This document shows, one piece after another, positions 44,652 through 55,181 of a stretch of DNA of 58,994 nt (positions are counted from its first letter, which is position 1; each line of letters opens with the position of its first letter). A program made the position numbers and the translations under genes. The notes below the pieces were generated by a model that was not told the DNA's origin, ran no database searches, and worked only from the letters and a program-made list of their open reading frames with translations. The DNA lies in assembly GCA_043810925.1 (NCBI GenBank), contig JBDRNT010000035.1, positions 1 to 58,994 of the forward strand, written 5' to 3'. Source of the DNA: Candidatus Eiseniibacteriota bacterium. GTDB lineage: Bacteria; Arandabacterota; Arandabacteria; Arandabacterales; Arandabacteraceae.

Positions 44652-47040
44652 TGCTCAATCTCTCTTTCAGTTCCTTAAGATGTTCCCTGATCTGCCCGGT
44701 TCCCCCCGTCAGCTCGATATATTGCGAGAGATGATACGCGGCCCGGCCGAGATCACCCAGGTGCTGCTCATAACACATGGCCAGATTGATATGCGCTTTG
44801 CCCGACCTGGGTTCAATCTCAAGCTCCGCATTGAACTCCTCGCAGGCGGCCCCGATATTCCCACGCCTGAAAGCTATCACTCCCCTCGCGAAGTGAAGAT
44901 CCGGCATCGCAGGATCGATTGCGATGGCAGTATCGAAGTACCTCTCGGCCTCATCCAGCCTGCCGCTATTAAAGTATACGGTCCCGGCCTGATAGAGCGC
45001 AACTGTTGAGCCGCCGTCGATCCGGACGGCCCGGGTGTAGGCCTCCAGTGCCCTGTCGGCCAGTCCGACCGCAAGCAGGTTGTCACCCCTCAGAAGGTAT
45101 CCGTCGGAAGCCCTCTCCTCCGCAGACCGCCTCTCACGCATCCAGATCCTTCTGGGTGGTAGCAGGTTGAGCAAGGCGTCGATCTGCCCTCTTGCCTGCT
45201 GGGTAAACGACGAGTCGTCCCTCAACGCTTTAAGCAGCGATTCCGCCTCATCGAACCTGGCCGTCTCATAGTAAATGCTTGCCTTGCCCAGCCTGGCAAG
45301 CCCGTAATCGCCTTTAAGCTCGGTCGCCCTTTCCATCATCATAAGCGCCGAGTCGTTGACCGCTTCCTCGGCATAGACCAGACCCAGGTTGTAATAGGCC
45401 TTGGCATAGCCCGGATCCAGCTCCACGGTACGCAGGAGTTCGGTCTTGGCCTCGCCGTACCTGCCGATCCGCGAGAGCAGTATGCCCGCGTTCAGGTGGG
45501 CGGCGGTGAGCTCCGGATCCAGGTCGAGCGCCTTCCGGTAGTCTTCCATCGCCTCGGTCATGTTGTTCTTTTTCTCATGTATGACACCCAGCCTGTAGTA
45601 TGACTGGGCGAAGCCGCTCATGGGATCGATCATATAGAAATTCACATGCACAAGGATGTACAGGGCGACAAAGCCTCCTATTGAATAGACAAGCGGCCCA
45701 TATTCACGTCTGGCCCAGCGTGATACGCACCAGGCAACGGCATACCCCGCAAATACCATGAGGACGGGGACCATGGGGAGCCTGTACCGGGCGACCACGA
45801 AGAAGGCGACAATTGTAAACGCGTAGGACATTGCAAAGAGGAAAAGGAGCCAGGCCTCCTTCCGGCGTCTCAGGGCCAGAATCATCCCCAGTACTGCAAG
45901 CGGGCATACCACTCCGTAAGTAGGGGACGGGATCCTCAGGAGCCGGGAATACCTCTTTTCAAATGGCAGATGCTCGATCTGCGGAATTTCGTAGACCGAC
46001 CAGAAGAGAAACATCTTACGTACCAGGTTGGATGCGGACTGTCCCGGCCGGCTCTTGATGTGGTCCAGTGCCCGGCCTGCCCAGTAGGCCGATACCTCCG
46101 AGGGCTTGAGCTCTCGTCCGACGGCGGTCTCTGCGATCGTCTTCCCGGATGGATCGGTGTAAATGTCGAGCCCCTCGGGTTTGACATAGGCACCGGTAGA
46201 CTTCTCGTTGTTGCCGATGTAGAGGTTGATGCCGGCATTCGACGTCAGCGGCACAAAGTCCTTTCCGACGGCAAGGTTGCGCACCGTTATGGGCCCGACC
46301 ACGACGGCAACGCCTATCACAAAAAGCGAAGCCTTCTTAAGCCGGATCCCGAACCGCCCGCTGCCGTAGAGAAGAAGAAAGCCGACCGCAAAGGGTCCGA
46401 ACACAAGCACACTCGCGTTACCGGCTGCAGAGAACCCGGCACACAGGCCCGCGATGACAAAGGCCTTCGAGTCCACCCTGGTGACACCGCGGCAGAAAAA
46501 GTAGAGCATCAGGGTATTGAGCAGGGTCGCCAGCACCGGAAACAGAATCGAGTTGTCATAGAAGATGAAGGGCACATAGAGGGCGGCAAGGAAGCCTGCT
46601 ATCAATCCGACGACGACACCGAAACACTCCCGTCCAAGAAGGTAGGCAACGCCTGCGGTCAAACCTCCCAGCACACTCTGGACGATCTTGACGACGACCA
46701 GGTTGGGGCCCGCTATTTTGTAGATCAGGGCAAGGAAGTAGGAATAGAGCGGGCCCATGAAGAAAACGTCATCCCCGATCCAGTCACCAGCCGATATCTC
46801 CCTGGCCCAGAGGTCATAGAACCTCGAATCGAGATCCAGGTGATCGAAAAACGGGCTTTGCCTGGAAGCCAGGCTGTAGGCTACCCGCAGCAGTACCGCA
46901 ACACCGAAAACACACAGGAAGGCCAGCCGGTGCGAACCGATCCGGTGGCGCCGCCTTCGCGGTCCCGGTCTCTGCGGTGCCGGGTCTCCCCCTTTAGCCT
47001 TGCTTCCGGCTTTTCTGCCGGAACCCTTTTTTCGTCCCAT
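44638..47040 (-). CDS. GT-C (GT39-like) membrane protein fused to TPR repeats
   Basis: DSRFYD.WA, PLYSYFLA, NAGINLYIGNN..STG, RYRLP motifs; C-terminal TPRs. Confidence 0.85.
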   Translation of the reverse strand: MGRKKGSGRKAGSKAKGGDPAPQRPGPRRRRHRIGSHRLAFLCVFGVAVLLRVAYSLASRQSPFFDHLDLDSRFYDLWAREISAGDWIGDDVFFMGPLYSYFLALIYKIAGPNLVVVKIVQSVLGGLTAGVAYLLGRECFGVVVGLIAGFLAALYVPFIFYDNSILFPVLATLLNTLMLYFFCRGVTRVDSKAFVIAGLCAGFSAAGNASVLVFGPFAVGFLLLYGSGRFGIRLKKASLFVIGVAVVVGPITVRNLAVGKDFVPLTSNAGINLYIGNNEKSTGAYVKPEGLDIYTDPSGKTIAETAVGRELKPSEVSAYWAGRALDHIKSRPGQSASNLVRKMFLFWSVYEIPQIEHLPFEKRYSRLLRIPSPTYGVVCPLAVLGMILALRRRKEAWLLFLFAMSYAFTIVAFFVVARYRLPMVPVLMVFAGYAVAWCVSRWARREYGPLVYSIGGFVALYILVHVNFYMIDPMSGFAQSYYRLGVIHEKKNNMTEAMEDYRKALDLDPELTAAHLNAGILLSRIGRYGEAKTELLRTVELDPGYAKAYYNLGLVYAEEAVNDSALMMMERATELKGDYGLARLGKASIYYETARFDEAESLLKALRDDSSFTQQARGQIDALLNLLPPRRIWMRERRSAEERASDGYLLRGDNLLAVGLADRALEAYTRAVRIDGGSTVALYQAGTVYFNSGRLDEAERYFDTAIAIDPAMPDLHFARGVIAFRRGNIGAACEEFNAELEIEPRSGKAHINLAMCYEQHLGDLGRAAYHLSQYIELTGGTGQIREHLKELKERLSNDGE

Positions 47041-49453
47041 AAACAACACTCAGAATTATCCCCAGGCATGACAGTCCAAGCCCGAGTTTGAAGCTCAACG
47101 GCCGGAACCTCATCACGACGCTGTGTTCTCCGGCGGCGAGCTGTACGGCACGGAAGCCCAGATCCGTCCTGAGAACGGGCAGTCTCATGCCGTCAACATC
47201 CGCAATCCACCCCGGATAGTATGTGTCCTGGAGTAGAAGAAAGCAATCCTTCCGCGTGTCCACCCGAAGCTCCACTCTCTCGGGCTCGTATCTCACTATC
47301 TCGCATCGCCCGCAGATCAAGGAGTCGATATGATTGAGACCCGGCATCAGGTTTAAGGTCGGCGGGCCGCCACCCGGCGGACGACGGAGGAACCCCGGGC
47401 CGATCAGAGCTCTGTCCACACAGATGCCCTTCGGCCTCGCGGCCGTGTTCTCATACACATACATGTCGCCGTCATGGACGAGGCGATACCCTGAGTGTGC
47501 GAGGTCACCCGGCGGGGCAGGCATCGAATCGGATGCCACCAGGTACCTGACACACATTAGTTCGCCGACCGTACCCGTAGCAGGACCCATCGCCGGCTGT
47601 ATATCACCCGACACCACTATATGCCTTAGCCGATCGGCATAACCGGAGGCCAGGACGGCGTTGGTACCATCGAACATAGGTATCCCGTAGATCTGAGGTA
47701 TATTGGATGGCAGCGCCGATTCCGGCGCTTCGAGATTTCCGATTCTCCACCGCCCGGGTTCGTCCATGAGATCCATGATCCGCTCGATCCCCGGTGTGGG
47801 AGCAAGGCTGTCACCGGGCTGACTCACGTAGTACCGCCTGGCCGTCAGACCGACATCGACAAGGATCGTTGCGACGAGAACAGCCCCTGCACCAAGAGCG
47901 ATCCTTGATCCCGGCCGGAATCTCATGGAGAGAATAAGCGAGACAAGACCCACTACGCCAAAGACGAGAGCTCTGGCTATCTGGCGATGTTCAAAGCCGA
48001 GCCACCGGTCGGTCCCCGTACCCAACCACTCGCGGAGCTTAAACCCACTCTGGTAAAACCATCTCTCGGAGAGGAGTTCGGAGGCTTTGCGCGAGAAGCC
48101 CGAGATAAGTTCGGGTCCCTTTGCCATGAACACTGCTGAACCCCCCAGAAGAGCCGCAACTATCACAAGTGCCGTGATCAAGAAGTAACGTCTGAGACGC
48201 CGGTCGGTTGAGAGACAGGCCACTGAAAGGCCCTTGCCCGCAAGGGCCGCCAGCGCAAAACACGCGATTACGGATATCCTGTCTATCTGTGAGTAGGTAG
48301 CAAGCGGCAGCACCGCGGAAACGATCTTAAACAGCAACACGCTCGTTCCCATCCCCACACTCAGTACGAGAAGCACTGTCAGTGCCCGTATGTGACGCGA
48401 CACCCTGATGAACACCATACCCGAAATGGCAACCATGAGAGCCGTGACACCGCAATAGACCATCAACCCGGAATTGTAGGGATGAACCATGCCTCTTACG
48501 ACACCGGTCCAGCTGGTGCCGTCTATCGGGTTCCCGAAAAAGTCCGGGACAACTGACCTTATAAGAAAGACCGGGTCCCAGAGATGCGTCTGTCTCATGA
48601 TATCGAGACTGAGTCCCTGACCCTCTGCATTCCTGAGAAACTCGGCGAACGGCACAAGCTGAACGGCAACCACAAGACCGGACAGGAAGGCCGAGACTGC
48701 GAGTATTCTCACCTTCCCCACCACGACCCGGACCTCGCGGCCGGCAAGGGCCTCGATCGAATCACAGATGACATAGACAACAAGAGCGGCCGCGCCATAG
48801 AGGAAGAGCTGAGGCATCCCCGCGAGATACCCCAGGCTCAGGAAGACGCTCAGGAGCAGCGTACCTGTGCGCTCGGACATCTTCGCCCTCTCGTAGCCGT
48901 AGAAGAAGAAAGGAATCCAGCCGGCCGCAGCAACGAACGTGGGATGACCCATTCTCAGAAAGAAGAACGAGGAGAAGCCGTATGCGAATGCTCCGGCCAG
49001 GGAACCGAAACCGGATGTGCCGATTATCCTGAGAAAGAGATACATCCCGAGCATCGCAAGCAGGAAGTGAATGGCAACGTCATAACCGAGAGCACGTGCG
49101 GGATCGAATCCTGTGAGCAACAGCGAGACCGGGTAGACCACCCTTGACTGCGGATCGGCGAAGAACGGACTCCCACTGAAGGCGTACGGGTTCCAGAGGG
49201 GCAGCTCACCGTCTTCAAGACGCCGCTTAAGCTCGACGCCCCTGGGCAGATAGGTTCGCGCTGAATCCGTCCGGTAGGTTCGCCCCGCAAGTTGTTCATC
49301 GGTCGCATGGCGCCGCCACGGCTGCCACAGGAAGGTGTTACACGTGATGAGCACCCTGCTCCCGAAGAGCACGTCTCCGAAAAAGACGCACACGGTGACG
49401 GCGAGAAGCACTATCACAACAACCGTGCGGATGCCGCTGCCCACAGCTACCAC
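46994..49453 (-). CDS. YfhO-family (GT-C) membrane protein
   Basis: PLWNPY.FSGSPFFAD.Q, LAGMPQ, C-terminal DTYYPGW.A.VDG...FRAV...G.H.V.MRFRP. Confidence 0.85.
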   Translation of the reverse strand: MVAVGSGIRTVVVIVLLAVTVCVFFGDVLFGSRVLITCNTFLWQPWRRHATDEQLAGRTYRTDSARTYLPRGVELKRRLEDGELPLWNPYAFSGSPFFADPQSRVVYPVSLLLTGFDPARALGYDVAIHFLLAMLGMYLFLRIIGTSGFGSLAGAFAYGFSSFFFLRMGHPTFVAAAGWIPFFFYGYERAKMSERTGTLLLSVFLSLGYLAGMPQLFLYGAAALVVYVICDSIEALAGREVRVVVGKVRILAVSAFLSGLVVAVQLVPFAEFLRNAEGQGLSLDIMRQTHLWDPVFLIRSVVPDFFGNPIDGTSWTGVVRGMVHPYNSGLMVYCGVTALMVAISGMVFIRVSRHIRALTVLLVLSVGMGTSVLLFKIVSAVLPLATYSQIDRISVIACFALAALAGKGLSVACLSTDRRLRRYFLITALVIVAALLGGSAVFMAKGPELISGFSRKASELLSERWFYQSGFKLREWLGTGTDRWLGFEHRQIARALVFGVVGLVSLILSMRFRPGSRIALGAGAVLVATILVDVGLTARRYYVSQPGDSLAPTPGIERIMDLMDEPGRWRIGNLEAPESALPSNIPQIYGIPMFDGTNAVLASGYADRLRHIVVSGDIQPAMGPATGTVGELMCVRYLVASDSMPAPPGDLAHSGYRLVHDGDMYVYENTAARPKGICVDRALIGPGFLRRPPGGGPPTLNLMPGLNHIDSLICGRCEIVRYEPERVELRVDTRKDCFLLLQDTYYPGWIADVDGMRLPVLRTDLGFRAVQLAAGEHSVVMRFRPLSFKLGLGLSCLGIILSVVYGTKKGFRQKSRKQG

Positions 49454-49454
49454 C

Positions 49455-50417
49455 TCAGGATTTTGACATGAACTGGCGTGTCCCGTAGAGCACGCCGCCT
49501 ATCAACGCAAAACCGAAAAAGATCGCATACACCACGACCGAAAAGGCAAACCCCATGCTGTCCTCAACACCGAACTGCCTCAGCATCGCAACGAAGGCCG
49601 CCTCTCTGACGCCTATACCGCTTATTGAAATCGGTATCAACCTCGCAAACTCGACAACCGGGACAATCAGAAGAAGTGAAGTGAAACTGAGTTCGATGGA
49701 AAAAGCCCGGCCGACGAAGTAGCACCCGCAGATCCAGGAGAGTCTCGAGAGTACGGATACGGCCACCCCCTGGTAAATAGCCGGTCTGCAGTCCCTGTAG
49801 GTCACAACGGCTTCATAGGCCTTCTCAAGACGCTCTCTCGCCTTGAACCGTTCCAAGAGACCGAGCAAGGGGTCGAGCAGGCGCGCAAGCCGGCGGGCAA
49901 CCGGTCTCTGTAACATCACGTAGACGCCCGCAAAGGTGGCCACCGTGATGAACCCGACCGTGAGTACGAGACTCCACTCCGTAAGCTGGCCGGCTACGAA
50001 CGGGATGGAAATCAGGCCGACAGGCAGCAGGACAAAGAAACCCATCAGCCGCTCGACGATCACGGAAGCCAGGGCGTCAGCGGGTCTGCCGGTATCGCCT
50101 GAAACCGCAATCGCACGCGCGAAGTCGCCGCCTATGCTGGTGGGAAGGAAAGAACTGAAGAAGATTCCCATCAGGCAGTAGTAGACAAGTCTGGCCAGCG
50201 GGATGTCCATACCCCTGGCCCTGAGAACCACTTTCCATCTGACCGAATTCGCGAAGATCATGCCGAAGATCATAACGGCCGCCAGAACGAGTGGCGAGGC
50301 TCTAACAGTGCTCAGGTGTTCGAGGATCTGATCCAGGTCAAGCCTGACGACCAGGTATATGATCAGCCCCGCACTCACAGCGAATCGCAGTATCTTCAGT
50401 ACCAGTGACCGGTTCAT
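49455..50417 (-). CDS. UPF0104 / lysylphosphatidylglycerol-synthase TM (flippase-like) protein
   Basis: RW...L, FLPTSIGGD.AR, ERL.G, IPISISGIGVRE motifs. Confidence 0.88.
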   Translation of the reverse strand: MNRSLVLKILRFAVSAGLIIYLVVRLDLDQILEHLSTVRASPLVLAAVMIFGMIFANSVRWKVVLRARGMDIPLARLVYYCLMGIFFSSFLPTSIGGDFARAIAVSGDTGRPADALASVIVERLMGFFVLLPVGLISIPFVAGQLTEWSLVLTVGFITVATFAGVYVMLQRPVARRLARLLDPLLGLLERFKARERLEKAYEAVVTYRDCRPAIYQGVAVSVLSRLSWICGCYFVGRAFSIELSFTSLLLIVPVVEFARLIPISISGIGVREAAFVAMLRQFGVEDSMGFAFSVVVYAIFFGFALIGGVLYGTRQFMSKS

Positions 50418-52045
50418 GTTCTCCTGCGCAGAATCTTCACGGAGCCGATTCGATCCACCTCGATGTAGTTTTCAAGAATCCACTCCCGGACGCGTGCCCC
50501 GTACTGGCTGAAGGCCTCTTTGGTCTGACCGAGTCTTGCACCCTCGAAGGGCTCGGTGAGGAGGATGTAGTTGGTCCCGTGAGATTCTATGTCCTCTATG
50601 TAACGGTCCTCCTCAGCAGGCTCGAGTGCGCGCCTGTAATGTGCATAGCGGGTGGGGTTCTTCCTGTCAAAGAGAAAGTAGATCATCTGCAGTTGAGGCA
50701 CCGCAAGAACATACTCACCGGGTGAAGTGTGGGCATCGAGGTAACTCTTGAGAGCCGTGAAAAAACCGGCTTCAGCCTGCCGGACGTAAACCGGGGCCCG
50801 CTCAAGATCGAGATTGGTGTCATTGCCGATTCGCAGAAGAACCGATCCGGTGTATTCGGTGTCCCCGATTGATATGCCTTCCCTGGCGAACCTTGCAGCT
50901 GCCCGGCTATCCGTACTGCCCATTGTGCACCCGTAGACCGCCCAGAAGAGCAAGACGGGGCCGGCAAGGACAAGCCCGCCCTTGAGCACCCACCGCCTGC
51001 CCGGCCCGCGGACCACTCTCGATGTGAGAAAAGAATAGACCGAGCCCAGGATAATCGGAACAAGCAGGTAGACATATTGCATCGTCTGAAGAAGATGCCC
51101 GATGTCGGACCGCCAGACACTCTGATTGAAGGCGAGGACCGACACTATCGTGACCACGACAAGGTCTGTCAGTCTCCTGCCTGAACCCGGAGTCACAAAG
51201 TTCTTTATTATCAAGACCGCCGCCAGCACGTACGCCACAAAAGGTACATAGAAAAGGAGTCTCACCGGGAGGACGTATCCGAGATACTGAGAGTCGACCC
51301 CAGCGCGGGCAGCCAGCCCGGGATAGGGTATCCGGTTTGTCATGTTATCCATCATGCCGTCCCTGGTAATCTTATGAACCATCGGTCCCAGCGCTCCCTG
51401 GGCATGGAAATAGAGCACTACCGGCACGATGACGATCGCAAGCCCGGCGAGCAAACATGCGAGACGCGAGACCAGCACGGAAAACCCCTCGCGCCGGTCG
51501 AGCTGCCTCAGGAGCATCCCGGCCACGCCGCCTATCACGGCGACGCCGGCGACATCCTGTCTGAAGAGCGCGCACAACCCGACAATCGCACCGCCCAGCA
51601 CGATGTACTTGAGACCCCTGTGGATTGACCTCATGACGGCGTATGCAGCCAGAAACCCAAGACTGGAGAAGAAGACTTTGTGCCACGGTCCCGGAGCAAT
51701 CATGATCAGTACCGGTGCGAGGTATGCAAAGCCGCTGCGAACGATCGCCCGCACGATCAGGAATGCGAGACCGCACTTGACGGCCTGGAGAAGCGCAAAC
51801 AGCACCCGCTCGACGAGTATGTTCTTACCGAAAACTTCGAATGCCGCCGCAACCAGGTAGAACCGGCCGGGAGCATAGGTATGATGGAAATCCCTGTAGA
51901 TTACCTGTCCCTCCATGATCTTCTCCACACCGTCAAGAAGGTAGCCCTCATCATAGGCAAGACCGTATCTTGAGTACGACAGGAAGTAGCCGAAGGTCAC
52001 GGCGAAGATCACAAGCGCGATCAGGTAAGTCCTACGTCGGGTCAT
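50414..52045 (-). CDS. GT-C-like membrane glycosyltransferase
   Basis: YDEG...GQVIYRDF...YAPG and LFRQD motifs; multi-TM region plus soluble C-terminus. Confidence 0.75.
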   Translation of the reverse strand: MTRRRTYLIALVIFAVTFGYFLSYSRYGLAYDEGYLLDGVEKIMEGQVIYRDFHHTYAPGRFYLVAAAFEVFGKNILVERVLFALLQAVKCGLAFLIVRAIVRSGFAYLAPVLIMIAPGPWHKVFFSSLGFLAAYAVMRSIHRGLKYIVLGGAIVGLCALFRQDVAGVAVIGGVAGMLLRQLDRREGFSVLVSRLACLLAGLAIVIVPVVLYFHAQGALGPMVHKITRDGMMDNMTNRIPYPGLAARAGVDSQYLGYVLPVRLLFYVPFVAYVLAAVLIIKNFVTPGSGRRLTDLVVVTIVSVLAFNQSVWRSDIGHLLQTMQYVYLLVPIILGSVYSFLTSRVVRGPGRRWVLKGGLVLAGPVLLFWAVYGCTMGSTDSRAAARFAREGISIGDTEYTGSVLLRIGNDTNLDLERAPVYVRQAEAGFFTALKSYLDAHTSPGEYVLAVPQLQMIYFLFDRKNPTRYAHYRRALEPAEEDRYIEDIESHGTNYILLTEPFEGARLGQTKEAFSQYGARVREWILENYIEVDRIGSVKILRRRT

Positions 52046-54455
52046 GGTGTTCCTGTTTTTCGGGAGTGACCGGCGTCCTGCGCCGCGACGAGATCAGGAC
52101 TGCGAGCAGAGCGATGCCCGCCGCCGAGAAGAGCAAACCGATCCTGAAATACTGCGGCCTGAATTCCATCCTCACCACACGGTCACCCGGACGGATCCTG
52201 ACGGCCCGAAAGGCACAGTCCGCCCGGAAAAGAGCCCTCTCGTTTCCATCAACGTAGACCCTCCAGCCCGGATAGTAGACATCCGATACGACCAGGTATG
52301 ATATGCGCTCTACCTCGACCGCAATAGTCACGCCGTTGGGACCGTGGTCGGTAATCTCGGCGGTGCCGGGAGTTCCGGTCACAAGACTGTCGGGGTCCTG
52401 GTCGGGCTCGCGTCCCTTGCGCCGGGGTTTCAGCAACACCTCTTCGGCCGGCTCGAACTCGCCGGTCTTCATATACTCGAGTATCTCGGCATGGGTGTCA
52501 AAGAAGCGGGCCCGGTCGACAATAAAGGCTCGCGGAAGGTAGTCGTCATTGAGCAGGGTCACCGGCCGGCGTTTACGGCCTTCTGTCTCCCCCACACTCA
52601 GTATGTACTTCACGTTGAGCAGGTCCATTATCTTCGAATCGAGCGCCCCGCGATCCGTTACCGGTCCGATCCGTCTTCTCAATGCCGCGTTGCCGACCGC
52701 GATCATACTCGAATCGATCACGCCGAGCACTTCCATATAGTGGTTGACATTGAGCGCATCGTAGCCGTGGATATCGTCAATACCAAGCAGTGTCGCCGTG
52801 TTTGCGGGTATGACGTTCGCACCATACTTGGCGATCCGCCACAGTCCCTTGTCGGCTTTGAGATCCTCGATATACGAACTGGCCGGAAGCACCCCGTCGG
52901 CAGGCTGGGAAACCTTGAATGTGAGCCCGTTCGAGAGGAGATCCACCAGAAGAACTGCCCCTACGGCAACAAAGAACAGGTTCCGCGAGACGCGGTTTCT
53001 GCTTCTGAGAAGAAGCAGGACACCACTCAGGACGGCGATTATGGTGAAGCCCCAGATCTTCCGCGGCGCATAGGCGAGATATGCGTCTCTCGAAACGATA
53101 TCACCCACGTGCCGGAGAATGAGATCAATGCCTGTTGAAGAGATCCAGATGGCGAAGGACGCCGCAAAAGCGATAAAGACCGCGCCCGTATAGAAGAGGC
53201 GTTTCCGCGCGTGGCCGTGGAGGGCGATATCAAAACCGTAGCCGGCGAGCATGGAAATGCTGCACATATAGATCAGAATCACCCGGTCGATTCGCGAGAA
53301 ATTGAAACCGGGCAGAAAACGGTAGAATACCGAGAGCAGACCCGTCCCGAAAACTGTGAGCAGGGTAAGCGCGGCCAGTACGACGAAGGGGACCAGACGC
53401 CGCCTGGGCTTTGTAAGCGCGAGTACAGCCAGCAGCAGCGGGATGATACCCACGTACCCCGTGGTGCCTACGTAGTTCTGGATGAAAGCCGGCTCACCTT
53501 CAACCTTGTGGAGCGCCTTGCTCAGCACCCCGATTTCGACCGGATCGCCAAGTATGTCGGGTATCAGATACTTAAGACCGACAAGTCCGTGATGCGCACT
53601 GCTCAGGACCATATCAAAGGGAAGCACTTTGCGGTACGAGAAGGTGCTGAGCTCATAGGTGGGAAGCAGCTGAAAGGCACATACGAGACCTGCGACCACC
53701 AGCGACAGCACAAGGAAGACCGCTGTCATGCACTTCCATCGACCTCGCTTTTCCTTAAGAAGAGCAAGTCTGATGGCCAGATAGAGTACGAGCGTGTAGA
53801 CATTGAGCAGCACCAGTTGCGGGAATCCTGCAAGAATGCACAGTGAAAGCACCAGGGCAAGCACACCGCTCCTTCTAAACCCGGGGGCCTCCATCAAGCG
53901 CTCGGCGAAATAAAGGAGAGCCGGCAGCCAGCTTGCCGTTGATACGAACGTGGGCTGACCGTATCGCGTCACCATGAAGCCGCAGAAGGTGAAACTCAGG
54001 GCGGACACGACGGAAGCTCTCCTCGTCAGCCCGAGCTTTCTGGCAAAGAGATAGGTAAAGATGGCGGCCACCAGGAAGTGCAGATAAAGGAAGAGATCCA
54101 TCTGGGTAGCGGGATCGAAGCCGTAGAGCATGAGATTGACGGGATAGAAGACAGCCGACTGGAAATTCGCAAGAAACGGGGTCCCTCCGAACTGGTGAGG
54201 ATTCCAGTAAGGGATCTGGCCTTGCCTTATCATCCTGGTCGCAAAGACCCTCCTCGGAAAGTAAGAGAACGTACAGTCGGATGTCACCGATGCCTGATCG
54301 AGCTCTTCCTGGGTCGCATCCGAGAGCCACGGGAAGACGTTGGTCAGCCGGAAGGTCACAAGCGTCCGGTCGGTGAAGAGCTCCTGTGCAAAGAAGAGGG
54401 TTATGACCAGGCAGAGGAAGGCAACGGCAATGACGTCTTTGCGGGGTTTTCTCAT
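52032..54455 (-). CDS. YfhO-family (GT-C) membrane protein
   Basis: PYWNPHQFGGTPFLANFQSAVFYP, LAGFPQ, YLPRAF, DVYYPGWRV.VDG...AFRAV motifs. Confidence 0.87.
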   Translation of the reverse strand: MRKPRKDVIAVAFLCLVITLFFAQELFTDRTLVTFRLTNVFPWLSDATQEELDQASVTSDCTFSYFPRRVFATRMIRQGQIPYWNPHQFGGTPFLANFQSAVFYPVNLMLYGFDPATQMDLFLYLHFLVAAIFTYLFARKLGLTRRASVVSALSFTFCGFMVTRYGQPTFVSTASWLPALLYFAERLMEAPGFRRSGVLALVLSLCILAGFPQLVLLNVYTLVLYLAIRLALLKEKRGRWKCMTAVFLVLSLVVAGLVCAFQLLPTYELSTFSYRKVLPFDMVLSSAHHGLVGLKYLIPDILGDPVEIGVLSKALHKVEGEPAFIQNYVGTTGYVGIIPLLLAVLALTKPRRRLVPFVVLAALTLLTVFGTGLLSVFYRFLPGFNFSRIDRVILIYMCSISMLAGYGFDIALHGHARKRLFYTGAVFIAFAASFAIWISSTGIDLILRHVGDIVSRDAYLAYAPRKIWGFTIIAVLSGVLLLLRSRNRVSRNLFFVAVGAVLLVDLLSNGLTFKVSQPADGVLPASSYIEDLKADKGLWRIAKYGANVIPANTATLLGIDDIHGYDALNVNHYMEVLGVIDSSMIAVGNAALRRRIGPVTDRGALDSKIMDLLNVKYILSVGETEGRKRRPVTLLNDDYLPRAFIVDRARFFDTHAEILEYMKTGEFEPAEEVLLKPRRKGREPDQDPDSLVTGTPGTAEITDHGPNGVTIAVEVERISYLVVSDVYYPGWRVYVDGNERALFRADCAFRAVRIRPGDRVVRMEFRPQYFRIGLLFSAAGIALLAVLISSRRRTPVTPEKQEHHDPT

Positions 54456-54462
54456 ACCGTGA

Positions 54463-55173
54463 CTAATTTCTGCCGACTCCGAGATAGATCTCCAACCATA
54501 TCTTGGCGAGCTCCCTGAGTGTGCTCAGCACATGGCTCGGTCTGACGGTGCTCTGCCCCCCCGCCCTCGGATAGTGTCTCACCCCGATTTCGGTCATCCT
54601 GAAACCATGGTAGCGTGCCTTGGCAAGTATCTCGGTATCGACGAAGAACTTCTTCGACCGTATCTTGATAACGTCGAACACCTCTCGTCTGAACAGCTTG
54701 AAGGCGCAGTCTATGTCCCTCACCCGCAATCTGAATATGGTCCGCGCGACAAGGTTATAACCCCAGGCCAGCATCAGGCGTGAGAGGGGATCGTACCTGT
54801 AGATTCGAAAACCCGTGACGATGTCGTAATCATCAATTGCCGGAAGCAGGTTCTTCACTTCCTTGACGTCGAACTGCAGGTCCGAATCCGTGTAAAAGAC
54901 AAGATCGCAGACCGCCTCGGTGAAGCCGGTCCGGAGTGCGGCCGCATAGCCGATGTTTGTCTGATGATGAATGGGTCGTACATGGGAATTTTCCTGCTTG
55001 AGACGGTCGATGATTTCGGCCGTCCTGTCACTGCTGCCGTCGTTTACTACTATGACCTCGTAGTTCTCGATCGGGAGCCCTTCGGCAACCTCGATCATGC
55101 TCATGACGGCTTTCTCGATATTGTCCTCTTCGTTGTATGCCGGAAATACGAATGAAATCGACTTACGTTCCAT
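54463..55173 (-). CDS. GT2 glycosyltransferase (polyprenyl-phosphate sugar synthase-like)
   Basis: PAYNEE, VVNDGSSD, GYAAALRTG, TDSDLQ (DxD), RDIDCAFKLFRR. Start at ATG 55173 or TTG 55185. Confidence 0.92.
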   Translation of the reverse strand: MERKSISFVFPAYNEEDNIEKAVMSMIEVAEGLPIENYEVIVVNDGSSDRTAEIIDRLKQENSHVRPIHHQTNIGYAAALRTGFTEAVCDLVFYTDSDLQFDVKEVKNLLPAIDDYDIVTGFRIYRYDPLSRLMLAWGYNLVARTIFRLRVRDIDCAFKLFRREVFDVIKIRSKKFFVDTEILAKARYHGFRMTEIGVRHYPRAGGQSTVRPSHVLSTLRELAKIWLEIYLGVGRN

Positions 55174-55181
55174 AACATCCC

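Noticed and set aside
40994-47091. Long alternative ORFs 40994..42388 (-), 43554..44342 (+) and 45970..47091 (+)
   Set aside because: Antisense shadows of well-supported genes in GC-rich DNA, without family motifs.
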